Of a stretch of 64,000 nucleotides of DNA, positions 1 to 12,140 are shown in pieces. Under the pieces are notes generated by a model. The model saw only the letters and a list, made by a program, of their open reading frames with translations, made no database searches and was not told the DNA's origin. How positions within the stretch are numbered: the stretch's first letter is position 1; each line of letters opens with the position of its first letter. Origin of the DNA: Nemertoderma westbladi (taxonomy: Eukaryota > Animalia > Xenacoelomorpha); NCBI GenBank assembly GCA_032718475.1, contig JAUCBJ010003156.1, positions 1 to 64,000 on the forward strand, read 5' to 3'. The position numbers and the translations under genes were made by a program.

Positions 1-44
1 TATGAGCAGCCAATTGGCTCAAACTTGAGGTTACAAGGATGTAA

Positions 45-3000
45 GTTAGTCAGTATAACTGTTATTTAGACAGTAGACTAGTAGACCTGTTATTTAGACA
101 TGTCATTTAGATAGTAGACCTGTTATTTAGACAGTAGACATATTATTTAGATAGTAGACCTGTTATTTAGAAAGTATACCTGTTATTTAGACAGTAGACC
201 TATTATTTAGACAATAGACCTGTTATTTAGACAGTAGACATATTATTTAGACAGTATACTGTTATTTAGACAGTTTGACATGTTATTTAGACAGTAGAAC
301 TGTTATCTAGAAATTAGACCTGTTATTTCGACAGTTAGACATGTCATTTAAACAGTAGACCTGTTATTTAGACATTATACCTATTATTTAGACAGTAGAA
401 CTGTTATTTAGACAGTAGACCTGTTATTTAGACAGTAGACCTATTATTTATACAGTAGAACTGTTCTTTAGACAGTAGAACTGTTAACTAGACAGTGGAC
501 CTGTTATTTAGACAGTTAGACATGTCATTTAGACAGTAGACCTGTTATTTAGACAGTAGAACTGTTATTTAGACAGTAGTCCTGTTATTTAGATAGAAAA
601 CCTGTTATTTAGACAGAAGACCTATTATGTAGACAGTAGAACTGTTATTTAGACAGTAGACTAGTAGACCTGTTATTTCGACAGTTAGACATGTCATTTA
701 AACAGTAGACCTGTTATTTAGACATTATACCTATTATTTAGACAGTAGAACTGTTATTTAGACAGTAGACCTGTTATTTAGACAGTAGACCTATTATTTA
801 GACAGTGGACCTGTTATTTAGACAGTTAGACATGTCATTTAGACAGTAGACCAGTTATTTAGACAGTAGAACTGTTATTTAGACAGTAGTCCTGTTATTT
901 AGATAGACAACCTGTTATTTAGACAGAAGACCTATTATGTAGACAGTAGAACTGTTATTTAGACAGTAGACTAGTAGACCTGTTATTTAGACATTAGACC
1001 TATTATGTAGACAGTAGAACTGTTATTTAGACAGGAGACTTATTATTTAGATAGAAAACCTGTTTAAACAGTGGACCTGTTAATTAGACAGTAGATCTGT
1101 AATTTAGACAGTCAACCTGTTATTTAGACAGAAGACCTATTATGTAGACAGTATAACTGTTATTTAGACAGTAGACTAGTAGACCTGTTATTTAGACATT
1201 AGACCTATTATGTAGACAGTAGAACTGTTATTTAGACAGTAGACTAGTAGACCTGTTATTTAGACATTAGACCTATTATGTAGACAGTAGAACTGTTATT
1301 TAGACAGTAGACTTATTATTTAGATAGAAAACCTGTCTAGACAGTGGACCTGTTAATTAGACAGTAGATCTGTAATTTAGACAGTCAACCTGTTATTTAG
1401 ACATGAAACCGTTATTTAGACAGTGGGCTTGTTAATTAGACAGTAGATCTGTTACTTAGACAGTCAACCTGTTATTTAGACAGTAGACCTGTTAGTTAAA
1501 CAGTAGACCTGTTATTTAGACAGTAGACCTGTTATTTAGACAGTAGACTAGTAGACCTGTTATTTACACAGTCAACCTGTTATTTAGACTTTGGACCTGT
1601 TATTTAGACAGTGGACATGTTATTTAGACAGTAGACTAGTAGACCTGTTATTTAGACGTAGACCTGTTATTTATTCAGTGGACCTGTTATTTAGAGAGTA
1701 GACTAGTATACCTGTTATTTAGACAGTTATACCCGTTATTTAGACAGTAGGCTAGTAGACATGTTATTTAGACAGTAGACCTGTTATTTAGACAGTAGAC
1801 TAGTATACATGTTATTTAGACAGAAAACCTGTTATTTAGACAGAAAACCTGTTACTTTAGACAGAAAACCTGTTATTTAGATAGTGGACCTGTTAGTGAA
1901 GAATACCAGGATTTCACTTTTCGGTCGACTTTTTATTGGAATTTGATATATGAAGATATTTTATTTTTTTAAATTTATCTTTATTGAGTGTTTAAATGCG
2001 CTTACTTCTGTCTTATAACCTGTACATATACTAAATTGGTTTATCGTTTTGGTTAAATTTAGCCCTAACCTATGTTTTTGGTGAAAACCTTGTATTCTTC
2101 ACATGTGGGTAACTGCAAAGTGAAATATAACGACAGAAAGTCTGGTACTCTTCACACGGGCCGTTAATTAGACAGTAGATCTGTTATTTAGACAGTCAGC
2201 CGGTACTTTAGACAATAGACCTGTTATTTAAACAGTAAACCTGTTAATTAGACTGTAGAGGTAGACCTGTTATTCAGACAGTCAACCTGTTATTTAGACA
2301 GTCAACCTGTTATTTAGATTGTCAACCTGTTATTTAGACAGTGGATCTGTTATATAAACAGTAGACCTGTTATATTGAAAAGGCAACCTGTTATTTAGAC
2401 AGTCAACCTGTTATTTAGACAGTGGACCTGTTATATAAACAGTAGACCTGTTATATTGAAAAGGCAACCTGTTATTTAGACAGTCAACCTGTTATTTAGA
2501 TAGTCAACCTGTTATTTAGACAGTGGACCTGTTATATAAACAGTAGACCTGTTATATTGAAAAGGCAACCTGTTATTTAGACAGTCAACCTGTTATTTAG
2601 ACAGTGGACCTGTTATATAAACAGTAGACCTGTTATATTGAAAAGGCAACCTGTTATTTAGACAGTCAACCTGTTATTTAGATAGTCAACCTGTTATTTA
2701 GACAGTGGACCTGTTATATAAACAGTAGACCTGTTATATTGAAAAGGCAACCTGTTATTTAGACAGTCAACCTGTTATTTAGATAGTCAACCTGTTATTT
2801 AGACAGTGGACCTGTTATATAAACAGTAGACCTGTTATATTGAAAAGGCAACCTGTTATTTAGACAGTCAACCTGTTATTTAGACAGTCAACCTGTTATT
2901 TAGACAGTCAACCTGTTATTTAGACAGTGGACCTGTTATATAAACAGTAGACCTGTTATATTGAAAGTCAACCTGTTATTTAGACAGTCAACCTGTTATT

Positions 3001-5326
3001 TAGACAGTCAACCTGTTATTTAGACAGTCAACCTGTTATTTAGACAGTGGACCTGTTATATAAACAGTAGACCTGTTATATTGAAAGTCAACCTGTTATT
3101 TAGACAGTCAACCTGTTATTTAGACAGTCAACCTGTTATTTAGACAGTCAACCTGTTATTTAGACAGTCAACCTGTTATTTAGACAGTCAACCTGTTATT
3201 TAGACAGTCAACCTGTTATTTAGACAGTGGACCTGTTATATAAACAGTAGACCTGTTATATTGAAAAGGCAACCTGTTATTTAGACAGTCAACCTGTTAT
3301 TTAGACGGCCAACCTGTTATTTAGACAGTCAACCTGTTATTTAGACAGTCAACCTGTTATTTAGACAGTCAACCTGTTATTTAGACAGTCAACCTGTTAT
3401 TTAGACAGTCAACCTGTTATTTAGACAGTGGACCTGTTATATAAACAGTAGACCTGTTATATTGAAAAGGCAACCTGTTATTTAGACAGTCAACCTGTTA
3501 TTTAGACAGTCAACCTGTTATTTAGACAGTCAACCTGTTATTTAGACAGTGGACCTGTTATATAAACAGTAGACCTGTTATATTGAAAGTCAACCTGTTA
3601 TTTAGACAGTCAACCTGTTATTTAGACAGTCAACCTGTTATTTAGACAGTCAACCTGTTATTTAGACAGTGGACCTGTTATATAAACAGTAGACCTGTTA
3701 TATTGAAAGTCAACCTGTTATTTAGACAGTCAACCTGTTATTTAGACAGTCAACCTGTTATTTAGACAGTCAACCTGTTATTTAGACAGTCAACCTGTTA
3801 TTTAGACAGTCAACCTGTTATTTAGACAGTCAACCTGTTATTTAGACAGTCAACCTGTTATTTAGACAGTCAACCTGTTATTTAGACAGTGGACCTGTTA
3901 TATAAACAGTAGACCTGTTATATTGAAAAGGCAACCTGTTATTTAGACAGTCAACCTGTTATTTAGACGGCCAACCTGTTATTTAGACAGTCAACCTGTT
4001 ATTTAGACAGTCAACCTGTTATTTAGACAGTCAACCTGTTATTTAGACAGTCAACCTGTTATTTAGACAGTGGACCTGTTATATAAACAGTAGACCTGTT
4101 ATATTGAAAGTCAACCTGTTATTTAGACAGTCAACCTGTTATTTAGACAGTCAACCTGTTATTTAGACAGTCAACCTGTTATTTAGACAGTCAACCTGTT
4201 ATTTAGACAGTCAACCTGTTATTTAGACAGTCAACCTGTTATTTAGACAGTGGACCTGTTATATAAACAGTAGACCTGTTATATTGAAAAGGCAACCTGT
4301 TATTTAGACAGTCAACCTGTTATTTAGACGGCCAACCTGTTATTTAGACAGTCAACCTGTTATTTAGACAGTCAACCTGTTATTTAGACAGTCAACCTGT
4401 TATTTAGACAGTCAACCTGTTATTTAGACAGTCAACCTGTTATTTAGACAGTGGACCTGTTATATAAACAGTAGACCTGTTATATTGAAAAGGCAACCTG
4501 TTATTTAGACAGTCAACCTGTTATTTAGACAGTCAACCTGTTATTTAGACAGTCAACCTGTTATTTAGACAGTGGACCTGTTATATAAACAGTAGACCTG
4601 TTATATTGAAAGTCAACCTGTTATTTAGACAGTCAACCTGTTATTTAGACAGTCAACCTGTTATTTAGACAGTCAACCTGTTATTTAGACAGTGGACCTG
4701 TTATATAAACAGTAGACCTGTTATATTGAAAGTCAACCTGTTATTTAGACAGTCAACCTGTTATTTAGACAGTCAACCTGTTATTTAGACAGTCAACCTG
4801 TTATTTAGACAGTCAACCTGTTATTTAGACAGTCAACCTGTTATTTAGACAGTCAACCTGTTATTTAGACAGTCAACCTGTTATTTAGACAGTCAACCTG
4901 TTATTTAGACAGTGGACCTGTTATATAAACAGTAGACCTGTTATATTGAAAAGGCAACCTGTTATTTAGACAGTCAACCTGTTATTTAGACGGCCAACCT
5001 GTTATTTAGACAGTCAACCTGTTATTTAGACAGTCAACCTGTTATTTAGACAGTGGACCTGTTATATAAACAGTAGACCTGTTATATTGAAAGTCAACCT
5101 GTTATTTAGACAGTCAACCTGTTATTTAGACAGTCAACCTGTTATTTAGACAGTCAACCTGTTATTTAGACAGTCAACCTGTTATTTAGACAGTCAACCT
5201 GTTATTTAGACAGTGGACCTGTTATATAAACAGTAGACCTGTTATATTGAAAAGGCAACCTGTTATTTAGACAGTCAACCTGTTATTTAGACAGTCAACC
5301 TGTTATTTAGACAGTGGACCTGTTAT
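45..5326. repeat. 20-bp minisatellite (ACCTGTTATTTAGACAGTAG / ...CAGTCA), about 250 copies, interrupted by a MITE at 1896-2162
   Basis: 20-bp periodicity is directly visible. The left part is heterogeneous. The right part is homogeneous, with a recurring variant block GGACCTGTTATATAAACAGTAGACCTGTTATATTGAAA. Confidence 0.97.
1896..2162 (-). mobile_element. ~270-bp non-autonomous TIR element (MITE), copy A, left terminus clipped
   Basis: Inverted ends GTGAAGAATACCAG / CTGGTACTCTTCACACGGGCC. Its reverse complement aligns end to end with 6223-6377 joined to 8082-8204. Confidence 0.88.
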
Positions 5327-5546
5327 GTCTATTGACATGTATTACTAATAGTAACTGTTATGTCTATTAGTTAGTTTGTTTAACCATATACGACAATACA
5401 TTAATAATAATACACTATACAATTAAATCAATTTGACAACATATAAATATAGTCTGACAATGACAATATATACAATACAATATTCAGATTAAGGTTAACT
5501 CAATCCAATCATTTTGTAAGTCCGGCACTATTACGACATATGATAT

Positions 5547-5942
5547 GCCCCCCCCCCCCCCCCCCCCCCCCGCTTTAAAAAATCGTTTTCTACATAATCT
5601 TAATGAGATTGCATGAAATTTGAAACATACATAGTTTCACTAACTCCTCCTGGGTGGGTGAGCCAGAATTTTTATTTTTGCTTTTAATTTATAACTGCAA
5701 GCGTTTGAAAAAGGTGTCTCCGGTGATATTTCACCAGTTACACTGCAGTTATTCTTGAACCTTATCGTGATTTGTTGGTATCAAGAAATGTAAAAATATT
5801 TGAAATCTGGGAAATAGAGATATGGGCATTCGAATGTTGCATTTATTTGCTTCCTATGCAGGCCATTTATTCTATTTAATAAATACATCATATTCTGGAA
5901 CTTTCTGTTTATCCCGTACGTAGCTGGGCAACAATGTAATGC
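5547..5942 (+). mobile_element. Fragment of the long-TIR MITE family seen at 11227-11967
   Basis: Shares colinear blocks with 11266-11671: poly-C, GTGGGTGAGCC, GTGTCTCCGGTGATATTTCAC, GCAGGCCATTTATTCTATT and TACGTAGCTGGGCAACAATG. Confidence 0.8.
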
Positions 5943-6377
5943 AAAACAATGTAATACAAAACGTCATGTCTGTAATTTTCTGGAGAAAAGCTGAGAACTT
6001 GACTTACGCTAGATGGTGCTCCTTGTTCAACACCGCTAGATGGTGCTCCTTGTTTAACCCCGCTAGATGGTGCTCCTTGTTTAACACCGCTAGATGGTGC
6101 TCCTTGTTCAACACCGCTAGATGGTGCTCCTTGTTTAACACCGCTAGATGGTGCTCCTTGTTTAACACCGCTAGATGGTGCTCCTTGTTTAACCCCGCTA
6201 GATGGTGCTCCTTGTTTAACCCGGCCCATGTGAAGTATACCAGAGTTTCTGCCGTTATATTTCACTTTGCAGTTACCCCACATGTGAAGAATACCAGGTT
6301 TTCATCAAAAATACAGGTTACAGAAGGGCTGAATCTAACCAAAACAATAAACAAATTAGTATATGTACAGGTTATAA

Positions 6378-8076
6378 TATATAATATAATATATATTTAT
6401 ATAGCGCCTTTCTGAACATATTTCAAGGCGCTTAAAAACTATTTGAAACCAACTAAAAAGGCTACGTACAGAGAATTAATTAATAACTAAAAAGTTTGAA
6501 CAATATTAAATAAAAATCAGCAATATTCCTCTTTGTACAGGTGAGTTTTGAGTCGCGATTTAAACAGAGTCAGCGTCGTGGCATCTCTAACTTCTTGCGG
6601 GAGGGAGTTCCAGATTGTTGGTGCCGCAATTGAGAACGCCCGTCTCCCGTAATTATGCAAGTAAAACTGCGGTACAAATAGAAGTCCCTTATCAGCAGAC
6701 CGTAATTGTCGTGGAGGTACATAGGGAGTTATTAAATGGGTCAAGTAGGCAGGAGCAGCACCATGTAAACACTTGAATGTCAACAAAGCTATTTTAAATT
6801 TGATCCGTAAATTTACAGGTAACCAATGCAAACGTTTAAGGACTGGAGTGATGTGCTCTTGTTTCTTAACGCCCTCTAGCAGTCGCGCTGCGGAATTCTG
6901 TACATATTGTAATTTTTTGATTGACTTCGAGGGTAATCCATAATATAATGAGTTGTTGCTGTCGAGTTTGTTTGTGACAAAGGCGTGAATTAAGATTTCA
7001 AGGTCATGTCTGCTGAGGTACCGTTTAATTTTAGCCAAACTTCGAAGATGAAGAAATGCATCTCGGACCGTTGTACTTATTTGATTGCTGTATGTCAGAT
7101 TTGAATCCACGATGAAACCTATATTACGTGCCTTGTCGCTGCAGCTGATCAGGTCATCCCCTATTTGTATGTTAGGGGGCGTTAGTTGTTTACCGAAACG
7201 GGACTGCAGAAGGATAATCTCCGTTTTATCTGAGTTCATTTTCAATAAATTATCTTCCATCCACTTCTTTACATCGGCCACGCAACGTTCAGTCACCTCA
7301 ACAGCGACGGACGAATTAATAGGTTTAAAACTAATGTATAGCTGTGTATCGTCCGCGTACAAATGATACGAGAGGCCGTGGTTGCGAATAACATTTGAAA
7401 GCGAACGAGTGTATATCGAAAATAATATAGGCCCAAGTACCGATCCTTGTGGCAGCCCGTACAGCAAATCCAACCGGTTCGAATATTTTGCATTAATGCG
7501 AACCTGTTGTGACCTATTCGACAAGTACGATCTGAACCAGTCCAGGGCGATTCCCTCAACCCCGATTTCTCGATCTAGAGTGTCCAACAGTTTAACGTGG
7601 TCGACCGTGTCGAAGGCAGCACTAAGGTCTAATAAGACGAGAAGTACTCCCGATCCCGAATCGATTTTGCGTAATATGTCGTCGCTTACCTTAAGCAACG
7701 CGGTCTCCGTTCCGTGTAAGGGTCTGTACGCGCTCTGTAAAGGTTCATACAATTTATTTATGTTCATATGAGTCATCAGCTGGTTTGCAATCACCCTTTC
7801 TGTTAACTTTGCTAAATATATCAGATTAGACACCGGCCTAAAGTTCCTAAGTATCTCAGGGTTTAATCGTGCTTTCTTTATGACTGGTGTTAACACAGCT
7901 TCCTTGAATAGAGTCGGCACAGTAGCAGTTGTAATTGATAAATTAATAATTAACATAATCACTGGTAGCAACAATTTTATTGAATGTTTTACTAATTGCG
8001 TGGGAATCGGATCCATGGTACTAGATTTAGATTTTGAGTTCTTTATTACCTTTTCTGCCTCATCCATTGACATTGA
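6378..8076 (-). mobile_element. 5'-truncated L2-clade LINE, young
   Basis: The 3' end has the L2-type stem-loop AGCGCCTT...AAGGCGCT followed by ATATAAAT and a short TA-rich tail. Possible TATAA TSD at 6373-6377 and 8077-8081. The ORF is uninterrupted. Confidence 0.93.
6517..8073 (-). CDS. LINE ORF2 reverse transcriptase plus C-terminal region (N-terminus and endonuclease missing)
   Basis: RT motifs NFRPVSNL, QSAYRPLHGTETAL, LDLSAAFDTVDH, GLPQGSVLGPILF and YADDTQLY; L2-type HITPVLKRLHWLPV and APTIWNSLP. Confidence 0.95.
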   Translation of the reverse strand: MSMDEAEKVIKNSKSKSSTMDPIPTQLVKHSIKLLLPVIMLIINLSITTATVPTLFKEAVLTPVIKKARLNPEILRNFRPVSNLIYLAKLTERVIANQLMTHMNINKLYEPLQSAYRPLHGTETALLKVSDDILRKIDSGSGVLLVLLDLSAAFDTVDHVKLLDTLDREIGVEGIALDWFRSYLSNRSQQVRINAKYSNRLDLLYGLPQGSVLGPILFSIYTRSLSNVIRNHGLSYHLYADDTQLYISFKPINSSVAVEVTERCVADVKKWMEDNLLKMNSDKTEIILLQSRFGKQLTPPNIQIGDDLISCSDKARNIGFIVDSNLTYSNQISTTVRDAFLHLRSLAKIKRYLSRHDLEILIHAFVTNKLDSNNSLYYGLPSKSIKKLQYVQNSAARLLEGVKKQEHITPVLKRLHWLPVNLRIKFKIALLTFKCLHGAAPAYLTHLITPYVPPRQLRSADKGLLFVPQFYLHNYGRRAFSIAAPTIWNSLPQEVRDATTLTLFKSRLKTHLYKEEYC

Positions 8077-9572
8077 TATAAGACAGAAATAAGCTATATA
8101 AAACTCTTAATAAAGATAAATTAAAAAAAATTAAAAATCTTCATATATAAAATTCCAATAAAAAGACGACCGACAAGTGAAATCCTGGTATTCTTCAAAT
8201 GGGCGTTTAACCCCGCTAGATGGTGCTCCTTGTTTAACCCCGCTAGATGGTGCTCCTTGTTTAACCCCGCTAGATGGTGCTCCTTGTTTAACCCCGCTAG
8301 ATGGTGCTCCTTGTTTAACACCGCTAGATGGTGCTCCTTGTTTAACACCGCTAGATGGTGCTCCTTGTTTAACACCGCTAGATGGTGCTCCTTGTTTAAC
8401 CCCGCTAGATGGTGCTCCTTGTTTAACCCCGCTAGATGGTGCTCCTTGTTTAACACCGCTAGATGGTGCTCCTTGTTTAACCCCGCAAGATGGTGCTCCT
8501 TGTTTAACCCCGCTAGATGGTGCTCCTTGTTTAACCCCACTAGATGGTGCTCCTTGTTTAACCCCGCTAGATGGTGCTCCTTGTTTAACCCCGCTAGATG
8601 GTGCTCCTTGTTTAACCCCGCTAGATGGTGCTCCTTGTTTAACCCCGCTAGATGGTGCTCCTTGTTTAACCCCGCTACATGGTGCTCCTTGTTTAACACC
8701 CCTAGATGGTGCTCCTTGTTTAACCCCGCTAGATGGTGCTCCTTGTTTAACCCCGCTAGATGGTGCTCCTTGTTTAACCCCACTAGATGGTGCTCCTTGT
8801 TTAACCCCGCTAGATGGTGCTCCTTGTTTAACCCCGCTAGATGGTGCTCCTTGTTTAACCCCGCTAGATGGTGCTCCTTGTTTAACCCCGCTAGATGGTG
8901 CTCCTTGTTTAACCCCGCTAGATGGTGCTCCTTGTTCAACCCCGCTAGATGGTGCTCCTTGTTTAACACCGCTAGATGGTGCTCCTTGTTTAACACCCCT
9001 AGATGGTGCTCCTTGTTTAACCCCGCTAGATGGTGCTCCTTGTTTAACCCCGCTAGATGGTGCTCCTTGTTAACACCGCTAGATGGTGCTCCTTGTTCAA
9101 CACCGCTAGATGGTACTCCTTGTTTAACACCGCTAGATGGTGCTCCTTGTTTAACCCCGCTAGATGGTGCTCCTTGTTTAACCCCGCTAGATGGTGCTCC
9201 TTGTTTAACCCCGCTAGATGGTGCTCCTTGTTAACACCGCTAGATGGTGCTCCTTGTTCAACACCGCTAGATGGTGCTCCTTGTTTAACCCCGCTAGATG
9301 GTGCTCCTTGTTTAACCCCGCTAGATGGTGCTCCGTGTTTAAACCCGCTAGATGGTGCTCCTTGTTTAACCCCGCTAGATGGTGCTCCTTTAACCCCGCT
9401 AGATGGTGCTCCTTGTTTAACCCCGCTAGATGGTGCTCCTTGTTAACACCGCTAGATGGTGCTCCTTGTTCAACACCGCTAGATGGTGCTCCTTGTTTAA
9501 CCCCGCTAGATGGTGCTCCTTGTTTAACACCGCTAGATGGTGCTCCTTGTTTAACACCGCTATCAGTTACTA

Positions 9573-11177
9573 GAGTCAGGTGGGGTGGAATGAGTATAAA
9601 AATATTCATGTTTATTCATGTTTGTTTATTCATAATTATTGAATACATTACAAGTATTATTTTTACCCCTTTGTAGCTCAAGATATCATTTGATTAACAT
9701 AAATTTCAATAGGGAGGTATTAAACATGCCACATTCTATAAGTGGTGTGTTGAAATAATTTTTTTAAAACTTGGACAGTATACCCATTCCACCCGTATGT
9801 GTTGGGTGGAATGGGTACATCGAGTAAAATGACTTATATTGTGTGAATCCAATGCATTGGCCCCATTCCAACCTTCAATAGGTTGAAATGGATATATTGG
9901 GAAAGTTTGAAAAAAACTCCTGGGTCCAGAAAACAACTTCTGGCTGTTCTCTGGGATGATTTCATTAAGTAAAGATTATTAAAACATTGCAAAATTTGGA
10001 TATGCCAAAAATATTATCCATTTATTGCACTTCTACTTATTTAAGATAAGTATGGCACTCTTCATAAATGAATAATCTCCTTATGTTATTGCACTGATTA
10101 TGTATAAAGAATTTACAATTACATACATTGCTTAAACTGTAAAAATAATGGAATTGTTCTAGAAAAACTACATTATGTATTATCAATGGCAGTTGATGCT
10201 TCTTTCATATTGTTTGGCGGCATAGTTGTTGTTACCACAATTGTTGTTACCAGTTGTTATTACGTTCAAAATCATAGAGTAAGCAGTTTACCGGTACCAG
10301 ATTATTATTGTAGTGTATAGTGTGTATTTATTAATGATACATTGACTTTATTCTACTGCTATTACTATACATAAGCCTATTAATTCATGATGTAAGGTAT
10401 GTATCGTAACTGAAACTAAATATATAAGGTAGGGTTCCTCTGCCTACTAAGCATATGTAACAGAACTACGGCGCTGGTAGTGGTAGTGGTATATACAATA
10501 CATAGCCTACCTACTTTCAGAATAATTAGAAGCAGAACACATATATTATTACATACACGCGTATTATACTCATAGCCTACAGTCTTCAGTGGTACCAGTA
10601 ACAGTAGCCTATTTAATGATAGGGCTTAACCTAAAACTCATGACAGACACCCAACCAACAACCCATGGAAGCCAGTATCATTGTAAGAATACTTAAGACT
10701 TATAATAAAGTCATAATTACAGTTGGTAGAGGTGTAGGTCCCATATGAAGGTTATTTTTATCCAGTAATATTAATATACCCATTTCACCCACCACATATT
10801 TTTAAATATACCCATTTTACCCGATTTCACAAATTCATGTTTGACTCATTTCTGCCACAGAACTGTGCAAAAACGGATATATGTAATAAAAATTTGGTCT
10901 TTCAAGACCAAATTCTGCCTTCATTAATCATTAGAAAAGTACACTTAGCCATTTTAAAAATGCGTTTTTTTTGTCACATTTGTATGACAACAATTTTTAA
11001 ATTGCAAAATTCCTGAAAGTAGTGAATATGCAACACCTATGACCAAGGGAAACAAATTATAAGCTCTTTTTAGTAGCATAGCACAAATTATGGGAAAGTT
11101 TATAGTTTTACAGAAATTAAAGTTTTTAGTTTATATAGCCATTCCACCCTATATACTCATTTCACCCCACCTGACCC
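9573..11177. mobile_element. 1.6-kb non-autonomous DNA transposon with TA TSD (Tc1/mariner-pogo-like)
   Basis: TIRs GAGTCAGGTGGGGTGGAATGAGTATA / TATACTCATTTCACCCCACCTGACCC, flanked by TA at 9571-9572 and 11178-11179. Internal copies of a CCATT(C/T)CACCC motif occur near 9783, 9805, 10779, 10812 and 11139. No transposase ORF. Confidence 0.85.
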
Positions 11178-11226
11178 TAGTGGGGGACACAATGGGAGAT
11201 AACACCGCTATCAGTTACTAGGCCTA

Positions 11227-11967
11227 CCCCATGTTCTGGAATATAGTTTCGTTATTCAGATTCCTGCCCCCCCCCCCTAAATTTTTCTACAAATCTTAAT
11301 GATTTAATAATAATTAAATAATAATGATAGTTTCACCTCCTTCCTCCTCCGTGGGTGAGCCATAATTTTTATTTTTGCTTTCAATCTTTAGCTACAAGTG
11401 TTTGAAAAATGTGTCTCCGGTGATATTTCACAGGTCACAGTACAATCATTATTCACCTTATAGTGATTTGATGGAACCAATAGAAAGATGTCCATGCAAG
11501 GATTCCAAATACGTAAAAACCTTTGAATTTGGTTGGGAAATAGCTGATATATTGGCGTTCGAATTTTGCATGTATTAGCTTCCGCTGCAGGCCATTTATT
11601 CTATTAAATAAATACACAATGTTCTAGAACATTTTGCTTATTCCATACGTAGCTGGGCAACAATGCAATGCCTCTCTAATTATACTATTACGTAGCTATT
11701 CATAAATAAACAAAAGTTCTAAAATATGGTATTTTTATTTAATAGAATAAAATAGCCTCATGCAGATGCAAAACCATGCAACTTTTGAACGCTCATATCT
11801 CTGCGAAATTTAGATTGATATTTGGAATCCTTACATGGGAAGTTTCCATCAGTACCAACAAATCACTATAAGGTTGAAGAATAACTGGAGTGTAACTGGT
11901 GAAATTTTTTTTTTTTGGGGGGGGGGGCAGGTACCTGAATAACGACACTATAATCCAGGACATGGTG
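11227..11967. mobile_element. Foldback-type MITE with long inverted arms and TA TSD (Tc1/mariner-like)
   Basis: TA|CCCCATGTTCTGGAATATAGTTTCGTTATTCAG..CCTG(C)11 mirrors (G)11CAGG..CTGAATAACGACACTATAATCCAGGACATGGTG|TA. Inner arms at about 11420-11650 and 11690-11905 are diverged inverted copies. Confidence 0.85.
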
Positions 11968-11981
11968 TATATCAGTATCAT

Positions 11982-12140
11982 CTACACACTGACAGTATGG
12001 CTGTACAGGTTAGCTACCAACCTCAACATTTTAGTACCGCACCCGAGTTTAGCTAGCAGCCTCCTTATAAGGAGCACTCTCCTTACCTTGTCGTAGGCGT
12101 TTTTTAAATCAATGAAAATGATGTGTAATACATACTTACT
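11982..12140 (-). pseudogene. Small non-LTR retrotransposon RT fragment
   Basis: Translation HIIFIDLKNAYDKVRRVLLIRRLLAKLGCGTKMLRLVANLY matches the FIDLxKAYDxV..L..LG RT motif. Confidence 0.75.

Larger units (their letters stand above)
6223..8204 (+). mobile_element. MITE copy B, probably Mutator-like (9-bp TSD), carrying an L2 insertion
   Basis: TIRs GGCCCATGTGAAGTATACCAG ... CTGGTATTCTTCAAATGGGC. GTTTAACCC is duplicated at 6214-6222 and 8205-8213. A 9-bp TSD with G-initial TIRs is typical of MULEs; the superfamily call is inferred. Confidence 0.8.
6007..9562. repeat. 27-bp minisatellite (ACCCCGCTAGATGGTGCTCCTTGTTTA): about 8 copies at 6007-6222 and about 50 at 8205-9562, split by a MITE plus L2
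   Basis: Direct periodicity. It produces the FNPARWCSL, LTPLDGAPC and NKEHHLAG repeat ORFs in the track. Confidence 0.97.

Noticed and set aside
7085-8092. Plus-strand ORFs overlapping the L2 RT
   Set aside because: They are antisense shadows of the RT coding sequence.
8121-9676. Repeat-protein ORFs (LTPLDGAPC, FNPARWCSL, NKEHHLAG, GVKQGAPSS)
   Set aside because: These are translations of the 27-bp satellite, open on both strands. They are broken by 26-bp units and by a MITE plus L2 insertion.
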